From positions 17,424,001-17,488,000 of the forward strand of contig NC_058369.1 in NCBI RefSeq assembly GCF_018350175.1: a stretch of DNA of 64,000 bases, written 5' to 3'. A program made the translations under genes and the position numbers. This DNA is from Felis catus. Taxonomy: Eukaryota. Positions within the stretch are counted from its first letter, which is position 1, and each line of letters opens with the position of its first letter. This document shows, in pieces, positions 49,504 to 60,930 of this stretch. The notes beneath the pieces were generated by a model that worked only from the letters and a program-made list of their open reading frames with translations, did not search any database and was not told the DNA's origin.

Positions 49504-49650
49504 CCGCCGCCGCCGCGTCGGAGCCGAAGCCGGAGGGAGCCGGGAGAGGGCCGGGAGGAGCCGGGAGGAGCCGGGAGAAGTCGGGAGGAGCCGGAGCCAC
49601 CGAGCAAGCCCGTGGGGCGGGGCGCAGGGAGGCGGCCGCTTCCTCGTCGC
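49504..49650 (-). other. Probable non-coding (5' UTR) exon of a minus-strand gene; 5' limit approximate
   Basis: Donor CGG|GTAGGT (intron starts at 49503), GCG repeats before it, promoter motifs immediately to the right; no ATG inside. Gene not recognised from sequence. Confidence 0.7.
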
Positions 49651-49763
49651 TCTCTTGAGGGCCGGCGCGGGGGCGGGGCGCCGCCACCGCCTATCCCGCG
49701 GGCGCCGCGGCTCCGACCAATAAGCGCAGTGAGGGGGCGGGCGGAGGGCTGTGGCAAGCCAAT
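49614..49763. promoter_or_regulatory. Core promoter motifs: GC boxes (49614-49623, 49670-49679), ETS-like site (~49638), CCAAT boxes (49717-49721, 49759-49763)
   Basis: GGGGCGGGGC twice; GACCAATAAG and AGCCAATGGG match the NF-Y consensus. Confidence 0.75.
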
Positions 49764-50134
49764 GGGCGCCGGCCCCGCCGCCTCGACCTCGCAGTGGTAG
49801 CGGCGCGAGCGAAGGGCCGTTGGGGCGAGGTACGCATGGGGGCTTCAGACTCCCCTCTCCCGCCCGCTAGGGCCCGGGCGGTCGGCGGGCACAGCGACCG
49901 CCGCCGCTGTCCTGTGCTGGACGTTGCTTTCTTTCAGAACTTGGGTACCTGGAACTGGGAGGATGCGAGCAGCCGGGCACACGCGGCCGGGCCCGGGTCT
50001 CCCCGCCCGCGGGGCCTGCGGGCTCTGTGATGTAACCTGGGAGGGGCGCGGGGCGGGGCCTAGGGCGCGGGCCAGCTGGTCGCGGGAAGGAACCGTAGGG
50101 GGACAGGGACGTGGGGGTGGGGCCTCTCCAGGGC

Positions 50135-50641
50135 TGCGCTGCCACCAGCCACAAGTGACGTTGCTGGTTCAAGTTGAAATGTGCTGTAGGTGTAGACTAC
50201 ACACCGAATTTCCGAGACTCAGTAGAAAACATATATAAAAATCTCATAATTTTATATTGATTATAAACTGGATAGTTGATTACAAAATTGGTTACAGTTT
50301 TAGATATATTTGGTTAAATAAAACACATTTAGAATAATTTCATGGGGCACCTGAGTGGCTCAATCGGTTCAGCCTCCTCTTGATTTCTGTTCAAGCCTTG
50401 ATACCAGGAAAATGATTTGGGGATCAACCTTAGGTGGGGCTCTGTGCTGAGCGCGGAGCCAGCTTGGGATTCTGTCTCCTTCTCTCTGCCCCTCTCCCGC
50501 TTGTGCTCTCTCTCCCTCTCTTTCAAAAACAAATAAGCATTTTTAAAAATAATTTTTGTTTGTTTGTTTGCTTTTTAAAATATGGCCGCTAAACTTAAAA
50601 TCCCTATTTGGCTCGCGATATATTTCTGCTGGATAGCAGTG
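50135..50641. mobile_element. MER33 (hAT-Charlie) with a Can-SINE inserted (50344-50545)
   Basis: TGTGCTGTAGGTGTAGACTACACACCGAATTTC...GGTTAAATAAAA...GGCTCGCGATATATTTCTGCTGGATAGCAGTG. Confidence 0.8.
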
Positions 50642-50659
50642 GTTCAGAAGGAAAAGGGA

Positions 50660-51310
50660 CAGCTAACGCCTCTTGAGTGCTTATTATGTCCCAAACACTC
50701 TTGTAGGTACGTGACACCCAATAACTCATTTAGTTGCCAAAACAATGCTTTATAATTGGTATCAATGGTCCCATTCTCATTTTACAGATGAGAAACAAAT
50801 ACAAGTTTAGTAATTTATCTAATGACCACAAGCCAGCAATCAAGTGTGGTGCTTTTAACTCAGGCAACCAGGCACTGGGACATGTAGTCAGTTAACCTGT
50901 AGAGCAGGCTGGTAACCAGAAAGAACACTGGACTTGGTTGAAAGCCCTGGTTCAAGGTCAGCCCTGCTACTTTGTGTGTAACTTTGGGAAATTAAGCTTT
51001 AATTGCCTTAGTAAAAAATGAGATAATGCAAGTCACCAGCCTGTCATAGCCCCTGTTACGGTGACCTAGAGGTAGCATAGTGAGGTAAACTTGGACTCTG
51101 GACCCTGAGTCCCTGTGTGCAAATCTGGGAACTGCAACCTACAAGTTATGTGAGCTTACGGGAGATTTTTAATCTCTCTGTACCTCAGTTTCCTTAACTG
51201 TAAAATGAATAATAGTCACACCTACCTTATTAGGGTTGTTAGGCAGATCAAATGTGTTGATATAAATAAAGTACTTAGCTTGGTGCCTAGCACTTAGCAA
51301 GCATTTACAG
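50660..51310. mobile_element. MIR cluster (-50660-50880, +50900-51030, +51070-51310)
   Basis: CATTTTACAGATGAGAAAC and CCTCAGTTTCCTTAACTGTAAAATG cores. Confidence 0.75.
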
Positions 51311-51919
51311 AGTACTACTCAGAATGACTTTAAAGAAGCATTTATAGCCTATACAAATATGAAGGAATGAAGGATAAAAGGATAAGTGGAAAATGTATAG
51401 AACTATGAATTTGGAGCCCTGGAAAGAACTTTAGGCCAATCACGGAGAACTGAAATGACTAATTAATAAGGCAGGTGTCCTGGGACCAAACTCAAAGTTT
51501 TTCCCCTCTTTCACACCCAGACTCCAGAGCAGGGGAACTACCATTGCAAGCCTGAATTCATTCATCCGACAGATACTGAATGATGATCTGCACATCAGAA
51601 AAGGCCACACAGTGAGGGGCATTTATAAAAAGGTAAATAAAATAGGTTTCCTGTCCTGATGAAATTAGCATTATTTCATACCAAAGCCCACAGATTTTGT
51701 CCAAGCATGCACTTAACTGTTATAAGGAAAACACACAGGTGGGAGCTTCAAAAGTTACTCTGATCCTTCCTGCTGCCTGGAGTAGCCAGCCCCAATGCCT
51801 GTCCTGGGGCTTCAAGAATAGAATAAGCTGTGAGCTCCTTAGAAGTCAGAAGGCTGGGAAAATTCAAAAGTGTTGGAATCTTCCATTCCTTCTTTAAGGT
51901 GATAAAGTCACCATGTTTT

Positions 51920-52285
51920 ATGTATCCCAAGCTAGACACTCAAAAGTCATTCTCAGTTATTCCCTCCCTTCTCCCCACCTCAGGCCTACCAGATACTCCT
52001 TCTGCCTCAGAAACATCTCCACCAACACTGATGCTGTTCTGGTTCAGTCCCTTTTCTCTTTCCTGCCACAGCTACTTCCAAGCCCTCCCTCCCACCTGCT
52101 TCAGTCCAAGTTACACAATTTAGGCACCACCCTCTCCAGTTCATACACATCGTCCTGCACCCATTCTCTGCCTATCACAGCACTCACCACATATGTGGTA
52201 ATTTTTGTGTAAACATGCATCTGCCCTAGTAGATTTTTTTCTCGAAGTACAGGTTCATTCTGTTTCCCCACCTCCAGATTTAACA
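51920..52285 (+). mobile_element. L2 3' fragment
   Basis: GTCATTCTCAGTTATTCCCTCCC...ATCACAGCACTCACCACA... pattern. Confidence 0.55.
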
Positions 52286-52289
52286 TAAA

Positions 52290-53362
52290 CTTCTTTTTTT
52301 TTAATGTTTATTTATTTATTTTGAGAGAGAGAGAGAGCCGGCGCACATGCATGGGCTCTTGGGAGGAGCAGAGAGAGAGGTGGAGGGAAAGAAAGAGAGA
52401 ATCCCAAGCAGGCTCCCGTGCTCAGCGTGGAGCCTGACATGGGGCTCAATCTCACAACCGTGAGATCATGACCTGAGATGAAATCAAAAGTCAGGTGCTT
52501 AACCGACTGAGCCACCCAGGCGCCCCAAAACTTTACAACTTTTAGAAGAAAATACGTTTATGGAGATACCTTGATGCTCTCAAGGTAGGGACCTCTGGCT
52601 GAAATTTCCTGGTACAAACACTTATCAGATAAATACGCAATATTTACATACCAATTATTATCATAATTTACAATGTTTATGTTAGAATTCCCTAGGGACA
52701 GGGAAATAAAAGTACATGGATTAGGATTTGAATAGGATAGAGTCGTAGAATTAAGAGCCAGAAGGGTTTTTTGGGGTCATTTAGCCTAAACCATTTTCAG
52801 GTGAGGTAACTGATACATGTCAAAGACCCACAAATAAGTGGCAGAATCCAAACTTGAACCTATTTTCTGATTCTCAGGCAGGAGTTTGTTGCACCCACCC
52901 CTTCTTTCATCTTTAAGATGCTGTAGCAAAGGGGTGCCTGGCTGGCTCAGTCAGTTAAGCGTCAGACTTCAGCTCAAGTCATGATCTCACGGTTTGTGAG
53001 TTCGAGCCCCACGTCAGGCTCTGTGCTGACAGCTCCGAGCCTAGAGCCTCCTTCAGATTCTGTGTCTCCCTCTCTCTCTCTGCCCCTCCCCTGCTCACAC
53101 TGTGTCTCTCTCTTTCAAAAATAAATAAACATTAAAAATTTAAAAATAAAATAAAATGGTGTAGCATAGGGGTGCCGGGCTGGCTCAGTCAGCAACTCTT
53201 GATCCTGGGAGTTGTAAGTTTGAGCCCCACATTGGGTGTAGAAATTACTTTAAAAAAATAAAATAAAGTCTGTGCTGACAGCTCGGAGCCTGAAGCCTGC
53301 TTCGGAGTCTGTGTCTCTCTCTCCCCCTCCCCCTCTCTCTCTCTCCCCCTCCCCCTCTCATG

Positions 53363-53403
<41 letters not shown>

Positions 53404-53475
53404 AAATCAATAAACATTCAAAAAAAATTTTTTTAAACAAAAAGATAATAAAAGTAAAATATTTAATAGATAGAG
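52290..53475. mobile_element. SINEs -52290-52526, +52931-53155, +53168-53265, + truncated 53268-53440
   Basis: Heads and tails; target ATG(C/G)TGTAGCA(A/T)AG repeated three times. Confidence 0.88.
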
Positions 53476-53494
53476 ATGAAATGGTGTAGCATAG

Positions 53495-53935
53495 TGATGC
53501 AGCAAACATTAGATACTAATTACTCAAAAGTCCCCTGCCACCTCCTACTTTAGTGCCTGGACACTTATCCTGACTCCTTTTGCAGTTGGGATTGCTATGT
53601 GCCTCAGTGGATGGAGCAGAGCTTTCAGGTAAGTCTTTATAAAAAGACAAACTCAGCTGCCTGGAATACAGACACAATGCCTAGAGGTGATACAGCCATC
53701 TTACGATGGTAAGGACAAAAGTCACGGGCTGAAGGTGAGGAGTGGGAAGATAGGAGAAGACTAGGTCCTTAGCATCCTCTGGCAGCTACACCTATCTGAC
53801 TGTCCCCCTCTGGACCTCTTGTAAAGTGAGGAAAGTAACCCCTATCTCTGAAAGCCATCGTTCATCAGTAAGTCTCCAATGGTATAAGCCACCATCAGTC
53901 TCTTATTTGCTGGATACGCAATCCAAACTGGCACA
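53495..53935 (+). mobile_element. MaLR LTR (old MLT1)
   Basis: CTGCCTGGAATACAGACACAATGCCTAGAGGTGATACAGCCATCTT...CCTCTGGACCTCTTGT...AACTGGCACA. Confidence 0.65.
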
Positions 53936-54497
53936 TGGAGTAAAAGCCCTGGGTTACAAGTTAAGAAACCCTGTTACGGTCCCAGCTCTTCCAGGAACAA
54001 GCTGTATGGCCTTGGGCAAGCCATTTCCCATCTCTGGGCCTCAGGTTCCTCATCTCTATCACGGGTGGTAGAACAAGATGGTCTTCTCACCTCTCACTTT
54101 CTGTGATTTCATTCACTGTGCATGCTACGTAATGTGCAATGGGGGACCTCCTTTCCCTCGAAATGAGACTACCTCTTTCAAGGTTCCCTAAGTGTTTCCT
54201 TGTTCCTGTAACCACAGGACTAGTTACAAAGACCTGTCCCTTTCGAGCGAATGTGATAAAACACACAGTTTGGGGGCATTCCCTTACACAAATCCCCCTA
54301 ACTAGGTCCCTTTTTCCTCTTCCTTTGCTTAGTTTTATTCACCTATTCCCAGAGGGAGCTCAGAAGGGGGTTCTACTCTAACACTGATGGAGCACAGTGC
54401 CCCCCTCTCTCCTAAACTTGCTATGTAATTTCTCCTCTTGGGGCCTCAAATTCACTGTTCGTTAAATGAGAGCGTTGCAGACAATGAAAGCTCCAGA

Positions 54498-55008
54498 TTC
54501 TGTGTCTCCCTCTCTCTGCCCCTCCCCCGCTTGCACTCTTTTCCCCCCTCTTTCAAAAATAAATAAATATTAAAAAAAATAAAAATTGTAAAGTTTTATG
54601 TTTTTCTGTAGAAGTCTTACAACCCTATTGTGAGGTTAATTCCTAGGTACCACAATGATTTTATTTTTTTCCTATTACATTTTGTAAATGATTACTGGTA
54701 TATAGAAATGGTATTCCTTTTTGTATGTTAACTTTTTTTTTTTTTTCAACGTTTATTTATTTTTGGGATAGAGAGAGACAGAGCATGAACGGGGGAGGGG
54801 CAGAGAGAGAGGGAGACACAGAATCGGAAACAGGCTCCAGGCTCTGAGCCATCAGCCCAGAGCCCGACGCGGGGCTCGAACTCCCGGACCGCGAGATCGT
54901 GACCTGGCTGAAGTCGGACGCTCAACCGACTGCGCCACCCAGGCGCCCCTTGTATGTTAACTTTATATGTAGTAACCTTGCTGAACTCTTTTCAATTCTA
55001 ATAGCTTC
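54498..55008. mobile_element. SINE 3' half (+) followed by a minus-strand L1 ORF2 fragment
   Basis: Block flanked by AAGCTCCAGA duplicates; GTAACCTTGCTGAACTC is L1 antisense. Confidence 0.7.
54736..54949 (-). mobile_element. Young SINEC_Fc
   Basis: TSD TTGTATGTTAACTTT (54721-54735, 54950-54964). Confidence 0.95.
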
Positions 55009-55795
55009 AAGCTCCAGAATTCTAAGGCTCAATTACACCTTCTAGATTTTATCTCACTTTGGGATAGTGCTTACCCAGTTACTAAGTGCTTTGCTCTCTG
55101 GTACTGCTGGTTAGCCCTTCTATGACTCTGAGTTAGGCAGGGCTTGTATTGTCATCCCTATTCCGAAGCTGAGGAAACAGATTCAGGGATGAGGCGTGAT
55201 ATGCCCAAGATCACGCAATTAGTAAGTGGCATATCTGGAACTAAACACCACATCCTTTCAGTCCTTGCCACTGTACCTTGATTTTGAAATTTTCTTCCCT
55301 TTCCCTTTTCTCTCTAGGATCCACTTCCTGGCTACAAATCATAACTGCTCTTAGCTGTGACCCCAAGACTGCACACAGTGATGCCCTTAGTTCCAGGTAT
55401 TTGGTACTCTCCCCAGGAACCTGGCTTTCCCTCAATTCTTCTTCCATCCTCTGTCCTGACCCTCAGTGCTAAATACAACCTCCTAATTTCTTCCCAACTC
55501 TGACTCCAAGCATCCCATCCCATCTGGAACTCCAGTGGTTATGTCAATGTCTGGAACCACGGTCTGGCCCTTTGTAAGCCGCTGTACTTGACACAACTCT
55601 CATTTTGGTTCTGTTATTCTTCTGCACCTCACTGTTCACTCCATCCAACCTCTTGTTCATCATGTGAAATCCCTAAAGAGATCAGATATGGTCAGAGAAG
55701 ATGGGAACTGGAAGGTCCTTTGAGGGCTTCCAGGCCAAAGACCAAGCAGAAACTGTAAATGAGAAAGCTGATTAGTTATGAAAGAGTGGGCTGGA

Positions 55796-56390
55796 GGGGC
55801 GCGTGGGTGGCTCCGTCGGTTAAGCCTCTGATTTTGGCTCAGGTCGTGATCTCCCGGTTCGTGGGCTCGAGGCGAGCCCCACAGTGGGCTCTGTGCTGCC
55901 AGCTCGGAGCCTGGAGCCTGCTTCAGATTCTGTGTCTCCCTCTCTCTCTGTACCCCTCCCCTGCTCATGCTCTCTCTCAAAAATAAAATAAACATTAAAA
56001 AAAATTTTTTAATTAAGAAAAAAAAAGAGTGGGTTGGAGACTGTGGAGAGCACAGGGCACATGCCCCAACTCCAATCAGTTGCTGCCAGTTGCTGGAAAT
56101 GTGGGCCCTATGTGGTTGGAGAAGATGGAGCCAAACTTTTATGTGCAGTGTCCTGGCTGTTGAATGTCAGCAAGTACCATGTAGGACATAAAAATTAATT
56201 GATTAATTAAAAAGGGGCTTCTGAGTGCCTCAGTTGGTTGAATGTCCAACTCTTGATTTCAGCTCAGGTCACAATCCCAGGGTCGTGGAATCGAGCCCCA
56301 CATTGGGCTCCTCGCTAAGTGTGGATTCTCTTTCTCTCTCTGTCTCTCTCTCACTCTCTTAAATAAAAATAATAATAATAATAATTAAAT
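55796..56390 (+). mobile_element. Two Can-SINEs (55796-56025, 56214-56390)
   Basis: TSD AAAGAGTGGG(C/T)TGGAG around the first. Confidence 0.88.
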
Positions 56391-56849
56391 TAAATACCAC
56401 GTAGGACAAATGTCTGTGGACTGGCGGCTCTCAGGTTGCCAATTTACAACCTCTGCTCTGGTCCAAACCCATCACCCATGGATAAGGAGACTGACATCAT
56501 GCAGCAGATCAATAGGAGAGAAGGAGGCAGGACCCAGCCCTCAGACCCATTCAGAGCTCACCACCATCACTCACAAGCCGAAAGCAACCCAGCTGAGTTA
56601 ACAAGCCTCTAGTGAGAGCCTGCTCTGGGAAAGATGTTCTGAGAGGGGACCAAGATGAAGGGATTCTTTTAGAAGATGCCCGCCGTAGGTCCTTGGCACT
56701 TTTTCACTTAGCTTGAGATCACACATTTGGCAGGTTGGAACAAACTAACATATTTAGAAAAGAGATGCTCATGTCCATGGAGTTCTTGTCAGCACAGTCC
56801 TCACTGACTGAATTAGGATTCCAGGGACCTTGCAGTAGAGCATTTTCCA

Positions 56850-58030
56850 AACTTTCTGTTTAGAAACCATTTCAAACTCATTGAAAAGCTGCAAGGATAA
56901 AAATGGTATATAGCACTCTCATATACCCTTTACCAAAATTCACTTCTTTTCAACGTTTTCCCCATTTGCTCTATGTACTACACACACACAACAAAAACAT
57001 ATTTTTCGAGCCATTTGAGGGTAGATCACATACACGATGGCTTTTAACCCCTGAATACTTCAGTGTGCATTTCTAATAATAAATATATATCTTATAACCA
57101 CAATACAGATATCAACTCAGTAAGTTAAAATTGACTCAGGAGTTTGATCCAATCTACCATCCGTATTTCAATTTTGTCACTTGACTCAGTAGTGTCCCTA
57201 ATTTTTTTCTCCTCCAAAACAGGATCCAGTCTAGGATTAAATATTACATTCAGTTGCTCCGTCTCTGTAGGTTTCATTAATATGGAACATTTTCACAGCG
57301 TTTGTATGTATGTGCATGTGTGTGTATGTGCGTTTTATGAAATTAACACTTTTGAAGAATATAGTACTCTCTCTTGCTCGCTCTCTCTCTCTCTCTCTTT
57401 TAGAATGTACTTCATTTAGGGTCACCTGGGTGGCTCAGTGGGTTGAGCATCTGACTTGGGCACAGGTCATGATCTTGCAGTTTGTGAGTTCAAGCCCCGC
57501 GTCGGGCTCTGTGCTGACAGCTGAGAGCCTGGAGCCTGCTTCGGAATCTGTGTCTCCCTCTCTCTCTGCCCCTCCCCCACTCGTGCTCTGTCTCTCTCAC
57601 GCTCATAAATAAATAAACATTAAAAAATTAAAAAAAAATAGAATGTACTTCATGTGGGTGTCTGATGTTTTCTCATGGTTAGATTCAGTCTAGAATACAG
57701 TAGAAATGATGCCATGTCCTCCTCAGGGCATCGTATCAGGAGGCATGTGGTGTCCATCTGCCCCTCACTAGTGATATGAATTTCAATCATCAAGTTACGG
57801 TGTTTTCTGATTTTTCCAGTGTATTGTTGTTGTATTTTCCCCTTGGAACTAATAAGCAATCTGTGGAGAGGCACTTTAAGACATGCTTACATCCTGCTCC
57901 TCATCAAAATTATCCCCTAGATTTCACATCCATTCATGAGTCTTGCCTAAACCAGTCTCTACTGTGATGGTTGCATAGTGGTGGTCTTTCCATTCCACTT
58001 CTCTGTCCACATTTACCTGTTGACACTCAG
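56850..58030 (-). mobile_element. L1MC4/5-type 3' UTR (antisense) with a Can-SINE at 57419-57640
   Basis: TTCAAACTCATTGAAAAGCTGCAAG...CCCTGAATACTTCAGTGTGCATTTC...CTTATAACCACAATACAG; SINE TSD TAGAATGTACTTCAT. Confidence 0.8.
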
Positions 58031-58609
58031 CATTTTGAGGTAAACTGTATGCCTTCCATCCGGAGGGGTGCAGTTTTGGCCTCTGTCAAGGTATGTGAGA
58101 TCTGGAGTTCCACGTGACTAATGGAAATAGAGAGAAGGGAAACAGCCTGCTTTGCCTAGTCATTGAGAGTAGATAAAGGGTGAACTGGGACAGTCACTCC
58201 AAGGATTCCACTTAAAGGAGCTGAGACCTTCAGAGAAGCAAAGCAGCATAGAGGAATATGCTTCACACAAACAGTATCACTTTCAAATCCTGTCTCTTCC
58301 CCTCACCTACTTTGTGACTTCCAACACCTCACCTAGATTCTCCTGGCCTGTTTCCTAACTTGTAATATGGGATAATTCCTACCTCGGAGGCTCAATGGAA
58401 GATTGGAATAATGCTCATATCTTACTGGGACCATAGTAAATGAGAGGTGCATATTATATAGAATATAAGAAAATTATGTAGTGCTTGAATTATGTTTCAT
58501 TTCATCAAATGTCTACTGAGAACCTACCATGTAACAAGGCATTGTGCTTGGGGCTAGAGACCAAATCAGCCCTCAAAAAGTTCACAATCCAGAGGAAGAA
58601 AAAGACCAA

Positions 58610-59915
58610 CTTAATTCCACATTTAGCCAAGAAAATTAAAACATACATCTACACAAAGCTTCATTCAAGAATGTTCACAGTAGGGGCATCTGGGTGGCTC
58701 AGTCGGTTGAGCATCCAACTTTGGCTCAGGTCATGATCTCACGGTTTGTGGGTTTGAGCCCCACATTGGTTTTGCACTGAGAACTGGGAGCCCGCTTCAG
58801 ATTCTCTCTCTCTCCCTCGCTCTGTCCCTCCCCTACTCATGCTCCTGCTCTTTCTCTCTCTAAGCATACATTTAAAAAAAAAAGGATCGGGGCTCCTGGG
58901 TGGCTCAGTCAGTTGGGCGTCCGACTTCGGCTCAGGTCATGATCTCGCAGTCCGTGAGTTCGAGCCCCGCGTCGGGCTCTGTGCTGACAGCTCAGAGCCT
59001 GGAGCCTGTTTCGGATTCTGTGTCTCCCTCTCTCTCTGACCTTCCCCCATTCATGCTCTGTCTCTCTCTCTCTGTCTCAAAAATGAATAAATGTTAAAAA
59101 AAATTTTTTTTTAATTAAAAAAAAAGGATGTTCACTGCAACAATATTCTTTTTTTTAATTATAGTTGACAATGGCAACTACATTCTTAATAGCCCCAAAC
59201 AGGAAATAGCCCAAACATCTATCAACAGGTGAATGGATAAACAAAAATTATAGTACATCCATACAATGGAATACTACTCAGCAATAAAAAAGAGCAAACA
59301 ACTGCTTTTATGTAACAGGTCTAAAATATGCTGAGTGGAAGAAGCCTTGCATAAGAGTACACACTGTGATTTCATTTATATGAAGTTCTAAAACAGGAAA
59401 AACCATCAGAAGAGTGGTTGCCCAGGGTGGAGGCAGGGAGGAGGTTGCTGGGAAACTTTCTGCATGATGATAATGTTCCATATGTTGATAGGGGGTGGAT
59501 TGCACAGGTGTATCCACTTGTCCAAATTCAGCAAATGTACACTTAAGATTTGTGTATTTCATTGTATACGGATTTCATATCAAAATAGAAAAAAAACTGT
59601 AAAAAGAGCTCTGATTAATAGTATACCTCTAGAAGTATTTATTTTTTTAATTTTTTTTTTTTTGTCTTCACACCCAGCATGGAGCTCAGTGGGGGGCTTG
59701 AATTCACAACCTTGAGATCAAGACCAGAGCTGAGATCACAAGTTGGATGTTTGGGGTCACTGGGTGGCTCAGACAATTTAAGTGTCTGATTAGGGCTGAG
59801 GTCATGATCTCACAGCTGGTGGGTTCAAGGTCCACATCAGGCTCTCTGCTGTGAGCACAGAGCCCACTTTGGATTCTCTATCTCCCTCTCTCTGCCCATC
59901 CCCCACCACCACTAG

Positions 59916-59956
<41 letters not shown>

Positions 59957-60525
59957 GTTTAATAAACATTAAAAGAAAAAAAAGAGGGGTGCCTGGGTGG
60001 CTCAGTCGGTTAAGTGTCCGACTTCAGCTTAGGTCATGATCTCGCAGTTTGTGAGTTCAAGCCGTGCATCAATCAGGCTCTATGCTGAGCGCTCAGAGCC
60101 TGGAGCCTGCTTTGGATTCTGTGTCTCCCTCTCTCTGCTCCTCCCCCACTCATGCTCACTCTCTCACTCTCTCGCTCTCTCTCTCAGAAATAAACATTTT
60201 TAAAAATTTAATAATAAATAAATAAATACATAAATACATAAATAAAAAGAGTTGAACGCTTAACCGACTGAGCTACCCAGGCACCCTACATCTAGAATTA
60301 TTTAGAGAGAAGTGTACTGATGTCTAGATTTATTTTGACTTGTATCAAAAAACATGGATTAATAATAGATGGATAGCAGCATGGAAAGATGAAAAGATAC
60401 GTAATAAAAACAAGCTTGATAAAGTGTTAAAGAGTAGAAACAAGATGCTAGAGAAATGGGTGTTAACTGTAAAATTCTTTCAGTTTTGCTGTACATTTGA
60501 AATGTTTCATAATAAAATGTTGTGA
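58610..60525 (+). mobile_element. Old L1ME-type 3' end hosting five SINEs (58683, 58889, -59640-60286 with +59753 and +59985 inside)
   Basis: CAACAGGTGAATGGATAAAC, ATACAATGGAATACTACTCAGCAATAAAAA, TTTGAAATGTTTCATAATAAAATGTT. Confidence 0.8.
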
Positions 60526-60681
60526 GTGAGGAGACAGGGCTGTATAATTCAAGTCAGACTTTGAGAAATGGTGTAATGGAGAAGTTGTTTCCGCTGGGGA
60601 TGGATGGTAGCAGGGGTCAAGGGCAGTCTCCTAGAGGAGGAATCTTAGGAAATCAGCCCGAAAGATAAGATTTTAAAGGCA

Positions 60682-60930
60682 GGGGTACCTGGGTGTCTCA
60701 GTCAGTTGAGCATCCAGCTCTTTATTTCAGCTCAGGTCATGATTCCAGGGTCAGGGGATCAAGCCCCACATAGGTCATGATCTCTCAGTTTCGTGGATTC
60801 AAGCCCTGCATCAGTCAGTGGGGAGCTGACTCCACACTGTCAGCATGGAGCCTGCTTAAGATTCTCTCTGTCTCTCTCTCTCTGTCTCTCTCTCTCTCAC
60901 TCAATTAAAAAATAAAAAATAAATAAATAT
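60682..60930 (+). mobile_element. Can-SINE with duplicated or chimeric middle
   Basis: AGGTCATGAT...TCAAGCCC appears twice; TSD TTAAAGGCAG. Confidence 0.8.

Larger units (their letters stand above)
48960..50160. promoter_or_regulatory. CpG-island promoter
   Basis: Very GC- and CpG-rich, repeat-free ~1.2 kb in an otherwise AT-rich, CpG-poor window. Confidence 0.93.

Noticed and set aside
49145..50238. Overlapping 78-180-aa ORFs on both strands in the CpG island
   Set aside because: Low-complexity Pro/Gly/Ala/Arg translations are expected in stop-poor GC-rich DNA; mostly non-ATG starts and no recognisable domain.
13428..53265. tRNA-Lys(CTT)-like sequences (e.g. 13428, 15437, 16857, 17710, 25192, 30152, 34952, 46100, 53168)
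   Set aside because: They have SINE GGGGCACC-type leaders, TAGAGATTACTTAAAA-type tails and many substitutions, so they are short SINEs and not tRNA genes.
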